From contig CAZTGS010000004.1 of the NCBI GenBank assembly GCA_964613455.1, positions 122 to 64,121 on the forward strand: 64,000 nucleotides of DNA. The letters are read 5' to 3'. This DNA is from an uncultured Gammaproteobacteria bacterium. Its GTDB lineage: Bacteria; Pseudomonadota; Gammaproteobacteria; Magnimaribacterales; D2472. The translations under genes and the position numbers were made by a program. This document shows positions 8,999 to 19,040 of this stretch, one piece after another. The notes beneath the pieces are model-generated. The model ran no database searches and had not been told where the DNA came from. It was given only the letters and a program-made list of their open reading frames with translations. How positions within the stretch are numbered: position 1 is the stretch's first letter; each line of letters starts with the position of its first letter.

Positions 8999-10656
8999 TT
9001 TGTTCTCACTTTATGTATGTTTTCATTTGCAACCATATTAGCCCATTTGTAGTCAGCTTTTCCATTTGGAGCTCTCTGAATTTTATCAACCAAGATAATA
9101 TGTTTTGGAAGCTTGTAACTTGATATATATTTTCTTGTATTTTCTATTATGTTTTCTGTTGTGATTTTAGTATCAATATTAAGTGAAACTACAGCAATTA
9201 CTTTCTGGCCAAATCGATCATCCTTAATTCCAACGACTAAACAGTCGTAAACAGATATATTTTTCTTAATTGCTTCTTCGACTTCTTCTGGATAAATTTT
9301 TTCTCCAGCAGAATTGATACAATTACTGCCTCTCCCTAGTAATGTTATGCTTCCATCTGATTCAATCAAAGCATAGTCACCAGGAAAGCTATATCTTGTT
9401 CCATTAACTTCTTTGAATGTTATAGCTGATTTTTCTGGATCTTTGAAGTATCCAAGAGGAACTAAGCCACTTGTGCCAATCATTCCTCTAATGCCTGATC
9501 CCGGTTGGACAAGGTCCCCATTATCACTTAGAACTATAACATTACTATTCATCTTAAATTTTGCAGTCTTTGCTGGAATACCCCTTGATGTTATTGATGA
9601 GCCCATACCACCTTCACTTGAACCCATTGAATCAAATAATTTCATATCATGATGTTCAAGCATTGCTGTTTTTACTTCTGCACTCCAAATGACACCACTC
9701 GAGATTAATATTTTCAAACTAGAAATATCATATGGATCATTCATTTTTTTGGTTCTATCTAATTCAGCTAAAATAGGTTTAGCAAATGCATCACCAACAA
9801 TCACCATACTCGTTGCTTTAGTTAGCTCCACCTGCTGTAAAAGGATTTTAGGATCAAGCCCTAAAGCAGGGACCGTTATAATTGTTCCACCAAGAATATG
9901 AGTTAAAAAGCCGCCCAAAAACATTCCTGTTCCATGCATTAGAGGGCATGCAATTAAACATTTATTTAAGGAGTTATTCGTATCCATTTCTAATATTACT
10001 GACTTCAGTTTTGATATATTCTCTCTATCTCTAACATCTGGAACTTTATAACCTTGAAGCTTCAAGGTTCCAAACATAGATACAGCAAATCCACCATGTG
10101 TATACATAACACCTTTAGGCATACCGGTAGTACCTCCGGTATAAATCATATATATATTTTCTTCCTTTCTTTTTATGCGAGGCATAGGTTCAAATGTATT
10201 AATAATTTCTTCATATTTAAATGCAAAATTAAGATCTGTTGAGTCTTGATCATCAACCTGAATCCAAGTTTTTATTTTTGGCAAATCTTTTGCAATTTTT
10301 TTGACCTGATCTGCATAATATCCATGAAAAAAAACAGCCTCAGAATCTGAATTATTTAATAAATATTTTAATTCTTCAGATTGATATCTGTAATTAACAT
10401 TAATAGGGACACCCATAACCTTAAATGTTGCAAACTGCGCCTCTAGATACTCATTGCAATTGTGAAGGTACAAACCAACCTTTGAATTTTCTTTAATCCC
10501 ACGTTCAATTAAAAAAGAAGCTAACTTTGCCGAGTCGCTTTCATAATCTTTCCAAGTCTTTTTATTGTTACCGCAAATAACAGCAATATTTTCTGGAACT
10601 ATGTCAGAGACATGCTCCCATATAGAAGCAAAATGAAGTTCTTTAGGATATGACAT
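8995..10656 (-). CDS. acyl-CoA synthetase (AMP-forming, FadD19-like)
   Basis: YTGGTTGMPKGV P-loop; PLMHGTG; GSSEG; PGD; GEKIYPEEVE; PNGKAD. Confidence 0.9.
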   Translation of the reverse strand: MSYPKELHFASIWEHVSDIVPENIAVICGNNKKTWKDYESDSAKLASFLIERGIKENSKVGLYLHNCNEYLEAQFATFKVMGVPINVNYRYQSEELKYLLNNSDSEAVFFHGYYADQVKKIAKDLPKIKTWIQVDDQDSTDLNFAFKYEEIINTFEPMPRIKRKEENIYMIYTGGTTGMPKGVMYTHGGFAVSMFGTLKLQGYKVPDVRDRENISKLKSVILEMDTNNSLNKCLIACPLMHGTGMFLGGFLTHILGGTIITVPALGLDPKILLQQVELTKATSMVIVGDAFAKPILAELDRTKKMNDPYDISSLKILISSGVIWSAEVKTAMLEHHDMKLFDSMGSSEGGMGSSITSRGIPAKTAKFKMNSNVIVLSDNGDLVQPGSGIRGMIGTSGLVPLGYFKDPEKSAITFKEVNGTRYSFPGDYALIESDGSITLLGRGSNCINSAGEKIYPEEVEEAIKKNISVYDCLVVGIKDDRFGQKVIAVVSLNIDTKITTENIIENTRKYISSYKLPKHIILVDKIQRAPNGKADYKWANMVANENIHKVRTK

Positions 10657-10740
10657 TTATTTTTTTATATTCGTTTAATAATACATTCGTTATAATAACT
10701 TGAAATTATAAAATAACTATCGCAAAAAAAGAGACTAATT

Positions 10741-12417
10741 ATGACAGACCTTTACCAAGAAATTTTATCTAAACATATTGCACCTGGTCAGATGTTTGAA
10801 ACCAAAGAAGTGGTTAATGATAAAGGTGTAACATTTAGAGAGTATGTTCATTTTCCAGATAGCCTAAGAGGTTTTTTAGACTTTGGTTTACTTCATGAAG
10901 AAAAGGACTGGTTGGTATATGAAGATGAGCGTTATAGTTATAAAGAAGTTTTTGAAAAGAGTGCTCAAACAGGGAACGCCTTACTAGAAGCCGGAATAGA
11001 AAAAGGTGATAGGGTTGCTATATGTATGCAAAATAATCCTGAATTTATTTTCGCATATCTCGGTATAGTTGGTGTTGGAGCTGTTTGTGTCCCTTTAAAC
11101 TCTTGGTGGGTGCCAACAGAAGTCATTTATGGACTTGAACACTCTGATGCAAAGCTTCTTTTTGCCGATACCAAAAGACTTCAAGGCCTGGATTCACTTC
11201 CTGATGTTAAAAAAATTGTAACAAGTTATACCCAAGATGATAGCTTCACCAGCTTTTCAGATTTCATAAAAGATCATGATAAAACTTTCCCAGAAATCTT
11301 AATTAATAGAAATGATAACGCTACCATCTATTACACATCTGGTTCAACTGGAAAACCAAAAGGTGTCCTTTCTTCACAAAAGGGTGTTATAAGTACTATT
11401 TTTAGTTGGGCTTGCTACTCCTCTGTTTTGAGTCAAATCGCTATATTAGATGACCCTGATGCAGAACCTTTAACTGGTCCAGACTTAGCCATACTTCATT
11501 GCGTGCCTTTATTTCATGTTACAGGAAGTCATGCAGGTCTTTTAATGTCGATTTTAGCTGGAAGAAAGATTGTTATGATGAAGAAATGGGATGCTGGTGA
11601 AGCCCTAAAATTAATAGAAAGTGAAAAAATTTCAGATATTACAGGAGTTCCAACTCAAACATGGGAGCTTCTTAATCATCCAGAAAGATTAAATTATGAC
11701 ACCTCATCTCTTAAAAGTTTAAGCGGAGGCGGGGGCCCAAGACCGGCTGAGCATGTAAAATTACTTGATCAAGAATTTGAAGGAAGGCCTAGCATTGGCT
11801 ACGGTTTATCTGAAACTAATGCAGTGGGAACACTATGCAACGGAGATGAGTATATAGCTCATCCATCTACAGCAGGAAGAGTTGTTCCTCCAATTACAGA
11901 TATTAGAATTATTGATGATAATTGGAAGGAGCTAGAAGAAGGTGAGCTAGGTGAAATAGCAATAAAATCTCCAGCTAATATGGTTGGGTATTGGAAGAAC
12001 ATAGATGCAACTGCCGAATGTACTAATGATGATGGATGGTTTAGGAGTGGTGATCTAGGGAAGTTCGAAGGGCCTTTTCTTTATATTGTTGATAGGGTAA
12101 AAGATATGGTAATTAGAGGTGGTGAAAATATCGCCTGTCCCGAAGTAGAAAGTGCAATTTATGAGCATTCAGATGTTCTTGAAGCCTGTGTTTTTGGAAT
12201 TCCAGATGAAAGATTGGGCGAAGTTTTATGTGCTTGCGTTTACCTTAAACCAAATAAAGACATGAGCTCAGAAAACCTTCAATCATTCTTAGCTGATAAA
12301 CTTGCTGCATTCAAAATACCTGTCGTTATTGAATTTAGTAAGGTAAATTTACCCAGAATTGCTTCTGGTAAATACGACAAACCATTATTAAGAAAAATGT
12401 TTTCAGAGAGTAATTAA
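10741..12417 (+). CDS. long-chain fatty-acid-CoA ligase (class I adenylate-forming)
   Basis: YTSGSTGKPKGV; PLFHVTG; YGLSET; WFRSGD; DRVKDMVIRGGENI; SGK. Confidence 0.9.
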   Translation: MTDLYQEILSKHIAPGQMFETKEVVNDKGVTFREYVHFPDSLRGFLDFGLLHEEKDWLVYEDERYSYKEVFEKSAQTGNALLEAGIEKGDRVAICMQNNPEFIFAYLGIVGVGAVCVPLNSWWVPTEVIYGLEHSDAKLLFADTKRLQGLDSLPDVKKIVTSYTQDDSFTSFSDFIKDHDKTFPEILINRNDNATIYYTSGSTGKPKGVLSSQKGVISTIFSWACYSSVLSQIAILDDPDAEPLTGPDLAILHCVPLFHVTGSHAGLLMSILAGRKIVMMKKWDAGEALKLIESEKISDITGVPTQTWELLNHPERLNYDTSSLKSLSGGGGPRPAEHVKLLDQEFEGRPSIGYGLSETNAVGTLCNGDEYIAHPSTAGRVVPPITDIRIIDDNWKELEEGELGEIAIKSPANMVGYWKNIDATAECTNDDGWFRSGDLGKFEGPFLYIVDRVKDMVIRGGENIACPEVESAIYEHSDVLEACVFGIPDERLGEVLCACVYLKPNKDMSSENLQSFLADKLAAFKIPVVIEFSKVNLPRIASGKYDKPLLRKMFSESN

Positions 12418-12497
12418 TTATTAAAATTTTCTATTAATTGTTTAATAAATATTAAAAAAAGAGTATAAATTGTTTCAATCATTTATTATTTTAAATT

Positions 12498-13193
12498 ATG
12501 TCTATTAAGATTCTTGTAATCGAAGACGAGCCAGATATTCGGAAAACCATTGAATATAATTTAACCAGAGAAGGTTTTGATGTTACTTCTGTAGGTTCGC
12601 TAGCTCATGCTAGAACAAATCTAGAATCTACTATTTTTTCTTTAATTGTTTTGGACTTAATGCTGCCGGATGGTTCTGGTTTAGACTTATGCCGTGAAGT
12701 AAAATCTGATACAAGATTATCTAATATCCCTATAGTTATCCTTACCGCCAAAGATGATGAGGTTGATAAGGTTGTTGGCTTCGAATTGGGTGCTGATGAC
12801 TATGTAACAAAGCCATTTAGTGTGAGAGAATTAATTTTAAGAATAAAAGCAATTCTTAAGAGAGGTATCTCAGAAAAATCAGATATTGTTGAAGTTGAGC
12901 GTTATTTTGGCGATCTTAAAATTGACATTGATTCTCATGAAGTTTTTGTTAATGATGGTCAGATAGCTCTTACTGCTCTTGAATTTAAGTTATTGCGTCA
13001 GCTTGTTGATAGAAGAGGCAGAGTGCAGTCTCGAGATCAACTGCTTTCAGATGTCTGGGGTTATAGCGCAGAAGTAACTACTAGAACTGTAGACACTCAT
13101 ATTAAAAGACTTAGAGAAAAATTAGGACCAATGGGTAAATATGTACAGACTATTAGAGGCGTTGGCTATAAATTTTCAAGAAACCCTGAATAA
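12498..13193 (+). CDS. phoB: OmpR/PhoB-family response regulator, likely PhoB/PhoP
   Basis: EDE..LDLMLP..TAK..GADDYVTKPF receiver; winged helix RTVDTHIKRLREKLG, TIRGVGY; phosphate-gene context. Confidence 0.75.
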   Translation: MSIKILVIEDEPDIRKTIEYNLTREGFDVTSVGSLAHARTNLESTIFSLIVLDLMLPDGSGLDLCREVKSDTRLSNIPIVILTAKDDEVDKVVGFELGADDYVTKPFSVRELILRIKAILKRGISEKSDIVEVERYFGDLKIDIDSHEVFVNDGQIALTALEFKLLRQLVDRRGRVQSRDQLLSDVWGYSAEVTTRTVDTHIKRLREKLGPMGKYVQTIRGVGYKFSRNPE

Positions 13194-13197
13194 TTAA

Positions 13198-14961
13198 ATG
13201 GGAATCAGATCCCGAATTTTTTTAATTGTATTTTTATTATTAAGTGCAAGCATTGCTATTGCTTACGTTGTTGCCGAAAGAGACCTCTCCAGAACATTTA
13301 AATTACAAATTGTTAACGAGCTTGAAAAACAAGCTAATTTATTAGTTGCGTCTGTAGGCAGTATCAGTAAGTTCAATAATATCAGCGAAGCTGATAAATC
13401 AGCTGATTATTTAGGTACTGCCTCTAATTCGCGAGTTACATTTATTACCAACACCGGCCAGGTCGTAGGTGATTCTGAATTAGACCTCAATCAACTGGAT
13501 TTAACTGATAATCATTCTAATAGAGTTGAGGTTATTGATGCCATTAGAGGTGGAACAGGATGGTCATCAAGATACAGCAATACCCTTAAACAAGATCTTT
13601 TGTATTTTGCTATTCGTGACAACCAAGAACCAAATCCAAATATAATTAGAATAGCTGTTCCATTAAATTATGTAGAAAATGCTACAGACACTCTTGGCTT
13701 GTCGGTAATTTTACTATTTGTTGTAGTTTTTATTGTTTCCATTATTGCAAGCGGCGTTGCAGCTAATTTTTTGTATTCAAATATCCAAGATCTTGCAAAT
13801 ATTGCAACAAATATTGCTGAGGGTGATTATAAAAAAGGTAATTTAAAAAGCTTACCCACTCAAAGAGTAGATGAATTTGGATCAGTCGCAAGATCAATTT
13901 CACAAATTTCTGAAGATTTAAAAAATCAAATAAAAATGATTGCAAAACAAAGAGATCAATTTGGTCTTGTTCTAGATGATTTGGGCGAGGGCATTATAGT
14001 TACTGATATTGAAGGCCAAGTAGTTTTTACTAATGAGCAGTCTTCAATAATATTAAATTCTGATAACTTATCTAGACAAAATATTACGAGTTTAGAAATC
14101 CCAGCACTTAACTATCTTTTTAAAAGAGTAAAAAATAAAAAAAGAGCTGACATAGAGTTTGAAATTGAATTAGAAGATAAGACGACTAGATGGGTTTTAG
14201 GATCTATGAATCAATCAAAAACAACTGGTGAGCTAATATTGGTTGTTCATGATATTACCCAACTGAGGCAATTAAACTCTATGAGGCGTGATTTCATATC
14301 AAACTTATCTCATGAACTCAGAACACCAGTAAGTGTTATTAGAGCAAACTCAGAAACACTCTTAGATGGGGCATTAGATAACAAGCAAGACGCAAGAACT
14401 TTTGCAAAAGCCATACTTCATAATTCAGAAAGATTATCTTCAATGGTTTCTAATCTGATAGATTTGTCTAGAATTGAATATGGAGACTTAAAGCTTAATA
14501 TATCTTCAGTTGACTTAGATGAATTTATAAAAGCATTTTTAGTATCAATGAAAAGTGTTACGAAGAAAAAAGATATAGAAATTAATTATAAATCTAATCA
14601 TAAAGGTCTTATTAAGGCTGATATTCAGGCATTAGAAAGAATAATGAATAATTTAATAGATAATGCTTTTAAATACTCTGAAAAAGGCTCATTTATTGAA
14701 ATTTCAACTATTACAGAAAAAAATCACATCAAAGTAATGGTAGCTGATAGTGGAATTGGTGTGGCCGATATCGATAAAGATCACATTTTTGATAGGTTTT
14801 ACAGAACAGCATCAGCCAGAGCTTCTGAAAATAAGGGAAGCGGCTTGGGTTTGGCTATTGTTAAAAATCTCACAAATAGCTTAAATGGAGAGGTTGGAGT
14901 TACCTCAAAAGAGCCAAATGGATCAATTTTTTGGTTTACTCTTCCTATAGACGTTGATTAA
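13198..14961 (+). CDS. phoR: sensor histidine kinase PhoR-like (2 TM, extracytoplasmic domain, HAMP, PAS, HisKA, HATPase)
   Basis: SHELRTP H-box; NLIDNAFKY; DSGIG; GSGLGLAIVK; PAS DDLGEGIIVTD; periplasmic RYSNTLKQDLLY. Confidence 0.75.
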   Translation: MGIRSRIFLIVFLLLSASIAIAYVVAERDLSRTFKLQIVNELEKQANLLVASVGSISKFNNISEADKSADYLGTASNSRVTFITNTGQVVGDSELDLNQLDLTDNHSNRVEVIDAIRGGTGWSSRYSNTLKQDLLYFAIRDNQEPNPNIIRIAVPLNYVENATDTLGLSVILLFVVVFIVSIIASGVAANFLYSNIQDLANIATNIAEGDYKKGNLKSLPTQRVDEFGSVARSISQISEDLKNQIKMIAKQRDQFGLVLDDLGEGIIVTDIEGQVVFTNEQSSIILNSDNLSRQNITSLEIPALNYLFKRVKNKKRADIEFEIELEDKTTRWVLGSMNQSKTTGELILVVHDITQLRQLNSMRRDFISNLSHELRTPVSVIRANSETLLDGALDNKQDARTFAKAILHNSERLSSMVSNLIDLSRIEYGDLKLNISSVDLDEFIKAFLVSMKSVTKKKDIEINYKSNHKGLIKADIQALERIMNNLIDNAFKYSEKGSFIEISTITEKNHIKVMVADSGIGVADIDKDHIFDRFYRTASARASENKGSGLGLAIVKNLTNSLNGEVGVTSKEPNGSIFWFTLPIDVD

Positions 14962-14982
14962 CATCTTTACAATATCTATGTA

Positions 14983-15031
14983 TTGTCGTATTCTGTCACA
15001 CAAATGACACATTAATGTTTCATTTTGTCAT
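14983..15031 (+). promoter_or_regulatory. Pho-box-like direct-repeat array
   Basis: heptamers TTGTCGT(14983), CTGTCAC(14993), ATGACAC(15004), ATGTTTC(15015), TTGTCAT(15025) at 10-11 bp spacing vs consensus CTGTCAT; directly after phoR. Confidence 0.55.
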
Positions 15032-15047
15032 AAACAAGGGAAATAGA

Positions 15048-15134
15048 ATGATTAAAACATTATGGAATAAATTTCATATTTTTATGAAGACTGGCAGGCT
15101 CAACAAAGTTATTAAAATATCTGGTTTAAAATAA
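15048..15134 (+). CDS. 28-aa basic peptide MIKTLWNKFHIFMKTGRLNKVIKISGLK (not in ORF track)
   Basis: AAGGGA RBS-like motif ~7 nt upstream of ATG; lies directly behind the Pho-box-like array. Confidence 0.5.
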   Translation: MIKTLWNKFHIFMKTGRLNKVIKISGLK

Positions 15135-15261
15135 ACCACTTATATCAAATTTAGCTTTTAAGATTTCTTATTTGCTCAAAGAACATTTCTTTAAGATTAA
15201 TAAATTTCTGCACCCTCAGATTGATTATTAAAATAAGTTACACTATTGGCTTGTAATTATT

Positions 15262-15666
15262 ATGATAAATTTTAAAAAAATAAAGAAAGTTCTCCTAGTG
15301 GTATTTATTACACCTGCCAGTTTGATGCTTATCATGGTTTTTTTAAATTTATCAGAAAGTCCAAATATTCAATTATTAAATTTAAAAGAAATATCTGATA
15401 TTACCGCTATTCAAAATATTGAAAATGACTTAGGTCCTGAGGTGGCACTTGAAAATTCATCATTTGATTATGAGCTAGTTGGATATAGGTCTGGCTCTAT
15501 AGATGCATCAGTTATTCTTAAAAAAAACAATAAGCAATATGTAGTTGCACTTGGTGAAAATCTTGAGGGGATATATAAATTAATTAAAATTGATCAAGAT
15601 GAAATAATTTTTCGAAATGGTGAAAAGTTATATAAAATTGAGAACCTAGTAGGAAAAGAGAATTGA
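15262..15666 (+). CDS. gspC: T2SS protein C-like (short, no PDZ)
   Basis: single N-terminal TM plus HR-like domain (YELVG...VILK...LGE.L.G.YKLIKI..D.I); first gene before gspD. Confidence 0.6.
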   Translation: MINFKKIKKVLLVVFITPASLMLIMVFLNLSESPNIQLLNLKEISDITAIQNIENDLGPEVALENSSFDYELVGYRSGSIDASVILKKNNKQYVVALGENLEGIYKLIKIDQDEIIFRNGEKLYKIENLVGKEN

Positions 15667-15667
15667 T

Positions 15668-17533
15668 ATGAAATTAAATAAATTACTTACTTTTACATTT
15701 TTAGTGTTTGCCATTAATGTTTTTTCTCAGAACAATATTTCTAATCAAGACTCATACATCTTAAATTACGAAGACGTTGATATAAAAAAAGTAACACAAG
15801 ATATTGCTCAGTTTGCCAAGAAGACTATTATCTTGGATCCTAGAGTTAAAGGTAAGATTACAATCTATTCAAACGCAAACCTTAACAGGGAGCAGGTTTG
15901 GAATGTTTATTTAAGAACCCTTCAGGTTAATGGTTTTACTATAATTGCAGAAAGTGGATTCGTTAGAATAGTTCCTGAAAATGAAGCAACGAGGGATTTA
16001 AGCATTTCTTCAAAAAATCTAGGCGATTTTGAAACTGTTGTCATACCACTTTTAAATAGATCTGTTGAAGAGGTATTGCCTATGATTAAGCCTATTACAG
16101 GTAGGCAATCCCACCTCTCTAGCATATCTTCAATAAATTCAATTCTCCTTGTGGATAGAGGCAGCAATATAAATAGAATAAAAGACTTATTATTAAATCT
16201 TGATAAAGATAATACTGCCAAAATATCTATTATAAAACTTGATAATCTCTCTTCACTTGAAGCTGTAAGGATATTAGATAAATTAAAAGCTCAAAATAAT
16301 CCTACTATAAATAAATTTATAGCAATTCCATTTAGCCCAACAAATTCTGTAATTATTTCTGCAAATGAGTTTATAACTAGTAATATAAAGCAGACGTTAG
16401 AGCTGCTTGACGAAGATGTCACATCTGATGATTCAGTAGACGTAATATATTTAAAATATGCTAAGTCTTCAGATATTTCAGCCATTTTAAATTCTGTTTC
16501 TGGTAGTTTTATAGCAGATGCGGATGGCATAAAAACAGTTATAACTCACCATGAAAAAACAAATTCATTAATTGTTTCCTCCGCTGAAGCAAATTTTGCT
16601 TCGATAAGAAATATTATTTCTAAACTTGATATTCGAAGAGCTCAGGTTTTAGTAGAAGCAATCATCGTAGAGCTCTCTGAAACTGCTGCAAAGAATCTTG
16701 GAATTGAAACTATTTATAATGGATCTGATGAAAATGGTATTCCAGTTGGAGTTACAAGATTTGGTGGTGCGGGTCCTGATTTGCTAGCAATTGCTGGAGC
16801 ATCTGCCAACGAGCAAGATGTAACTTTAACATCAGCTGCCATGACATCCTTACTTGGATCCCAAGGCTTGATAGCTGGATTTGGAGACCTTACGCCTGGA
16901 TCTGATAATTTTGCTGGAATTATTAATGCAATTGCTCAAGATACTAATTCAAACATACTATCCACACCATTTACGATTGCTATGGATAACGAAACTGCTA
17001 ATCTTGTTATTGGTCAAGAAATACCAATTACAACAGGGGAAAGCCTAGGAACCAGTAATGCTAATCCTTTCAGGACTACTTCAAGACAAGAGGTTGGTAT
17101 AAAGCTTGAGGTTACACCACAGATTAATGAAGGAAGCTCTGTTATTCTAAATATCAAACAAGAAGTTTCTGGTGTTGCTGGTGTTATAACCTCTGGAATT
17201 GACCTAATTACTAATAAGCGGGTGATAGAGACAACTGTTTTAGTTGATGATGGCCAAATTATAGTTTTAGGTGGTCTTATAGATGAAGATACTCAAGAAA
17301 CTATGTCTAGAGTGCCAATTCTTGGATCTATTCCGTTAATTGGTAGATTATTTCAATCCTCTTCTTCAACAACAGTTAAAAAAAACTTAATGGTTTTCCT
17401 CAGACCAACAATAATAGTTGATTCAGCTGTCTCCTCTGAGATTTCTGCTGAAAAATATAATTATATTAAAGTCCGTCAAGCTTTGTCTGGCCAAGAAACA
17501 AAATTAATAGATCTTACAGAATCTAAAGATTAA
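15668..17533 (+). CDS. gspD: T2SS secretin
   Basis: N0 (ILDPRVKGKITI), N1-N3 repeats, QVLVEAIIVE, ILSTP, VGIKLEVTPQIN, GQIIVLGGLI, VPILGSIPLIGRLF. Confidence 0.95.
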   Translation: MKLNKLLTFTFLVFAINVFSQNNISNQDSYILNYEDVDIKKVTQDIAQFAKKTIILDPRVKGKITIYSNANLNREQVWNVYLRTLQVNGFTIIAESGFVRIVPENEATRDLSISSKNLGDFETVVIPLLNRSVEEVLPMIKPITGRQSHLSSISSINSILLVDRGSNINRIKDLLLNLDKDNTAKISIIKLDNLSSLEAVRILDKLKAQNNPTINKFIAIPFSPTNSVIISANEFITSNIKQTLELLDEDVTSDDSVDVIYLKYAKSSDISAILNSVSGSFIADADGIKTVITHHEKTNSLIVSSAEANFASIRNIISKLDIRRAQVLVEAIIVELSETAAKNLGIETIYNGSDENGIPVGVTRFGGAGPDLLAIAGASANEQDVTLTSAAMTSLLGSQGLIAGFGDLTPGSDNFAGIINAIAQDTNSNILSTPFTIAMDNETANLVIGQEIPITTGESLGTSNANPFRTTSRQEVGIKLEVTPQINEGSSVILNIKQEVSGVAGVITSGIDLITNKRVIETTVLVDDGQIIVLGGLIDEDTQETMSRVPILGSIPLIGRLFQSSSSTTVKKNLMVFLRPTIIVDSAVSSEISAEKYNYIKVRQALSGQETKLIDLTESKD

Positions 17534-17537
17534 ATTT

Positions 17538-19040
17538 ATGATAGACGGTAAATCTCATCAAACAAATGTTTCTGACATATTTCCTTATGATTTCGTTAAA
17601 GAAAATGAGGTAATAGCTTCACTTAGTGAGAATGGCTATGAGGTAATTTCTACAAAGATGATTACTGAAAATCTTTATCATGAAATTGAAAGATTTCTTG
17701 AAACTGGGTTTGTCTTCAAAATATGTGATCCTTCTGAATTTAATGAGTTACTAACAAATAGTTTTTCTGTAAATAGCTCATCTGCTGATATTTCTGAAGA
17801 ACTAACTGATGAGTTTGATTTACAAACATTTGCCGGAAGTATATCTGCTACTGAGGATTTATTGAGTGGCAGCAATGACACTCCAATAATAAAACTTATT
17901 AATGGAATTATAAGTCAGGCAGTTAAGAATAGAGCTTCAGATATTCATTTTGAGCCATATGAAGATAAATTAGTTGTTCGTTTTAGAGTTGACGGAATCT
18001 TAAAAGAAATACTTCAACAAGATAGTAAAATTAGCTCAGTTTTGATTTCAAGAATTAAGATTATTTCAGGTTTAGATATTTCAGAAAGGAGATTGCCTCA
18101 GGACGGAAGAGTTTCTTTATCTCTTGGTGATAAAAATATTGATGTAAGAGTTTCAACACTTCCTTCGTCTTATGGAGAGAGGATAGTCCTGAGATTGCTC
18201 GACAAACAGGCAGCACAGATAAATATTGAAGACCTAGGCCTTCCTCTTCCTATCCTTAGTAACTATAAGTCATCCTTAAAAAATCCTGAAGGAATAATAC
18301 TTTTCACAGGACCAACTGGTTCAGGTAAGACAACCACCCTCTATTCAGGCTTAAGATACTTAAGCGATTCTTCTCAAAATATACTGACCGTAGAGGATCC
18401 TATTGAATATACTCTTGGTGGCATTGGACAAACTCAAGTGAACTCTAAAACAGGATATACATTTGCTAGAGGCCTAAGAGCAATATTAAGGCAAGATCCT
18501 GATGTTGTTATGGTGGGAGAGATGAGAGATGCAGAAACAGCTCAAATAGGTATTCAAGCTAGTCTTACAGGCCATTTAGTTCTTTCTACAGTTCATACAA
18601 ATAGTGCAATAGCAGCAATTACAAGATTAAGAGATATGGGTATAGAATCATTTTTATTAGCATCGAGCTTAAGAACGATAATCTCACAAAGATTGGTTAG
18701 AAGGCTATGTTTAGAATGTAAAGCTCAAGAAGAGGCCTCTAAAGAGGCAATCAATTTATTTAATTTAGATAAAAACCAAATTGTGTATAAATCGCAAGGC
18801 TGCCTGGCTTGCTCTAATACTGGCTATCAAGGAAGAATAGCGATTGCAGAGTGTATTCAAGTTGATAAAGTTCTCAAAGAGATGATACATAATAATGCTT
18901 CTGAAAATATAATTTCAGACTATGTCTTCAAAGATAATCAATCCATCGATCAAGCTTCAACTGATCTTATTAAAAATAGCATCACTTCATGTGAAGAGCT
19001 TATGAGAGTTAATAACCTCCAAGACGATGCCAGCTTATAG
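17538..19040 (+). CDS. gspE: T2SS ATPase
   Basis: ASDIHFEP; RLPQDG; GPTGSGKTTTLY Walker A; LRQDPD; GHLVLSTVH; CxxC...CxxC. Confidence 0.95.
   Translation: MIDGKSHQTNVSDIFPYDFVKENEVIASLSENGYEVISTKMITENLYHEIERFLETGFVFKICDPSEFNELLTNSFSVNSSSADISEELTDEFDLQTFAGSISATEDLLSGSNDTPIIKLINGIISQAVKNRASDIHFEPYEDKLVVRFRVDGILKEILQQDSKISSVLISRIKIISGLDISERRLPQDGRVSLSLGDKNIDVRVSTLPSSYGERIVLRLLDKQAAQINIEDLGLPLPILSNYKSSLKNPEGIILFTGPTGSGKTTTLYSGLRYLSDSSQNILTVEDPIEYTLGGIGQTQVNSKTGYTFARGLRAILRQDPDVVMVGEMRDAETAQIGIQASLTGHLVLSTVHTNSAIAAITRLRDMGIESFLLASSLRTIISQRLVRRLCLECKAQEEASKEAINLFNLDKNQIVYKSQGCLACSNTGYQGRIAIAECIQVDKVLKEMIHNNASENIISDYVFKDNQSIDQASTDLIKNSITSCEELMRVNNLQDDASL

Noticed and set aside
15048-15134. remnant pstS signal peptide (pseudogene)
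   Set aside because: no hydrophobic core or lipobox, and no PstS-like sequence downstream
15150-15215. short minus-strand ORF (GTG start, ~20 aa) between the peptide gene and gspC
   Set aside because: no properly spaced RBS and no informative composition
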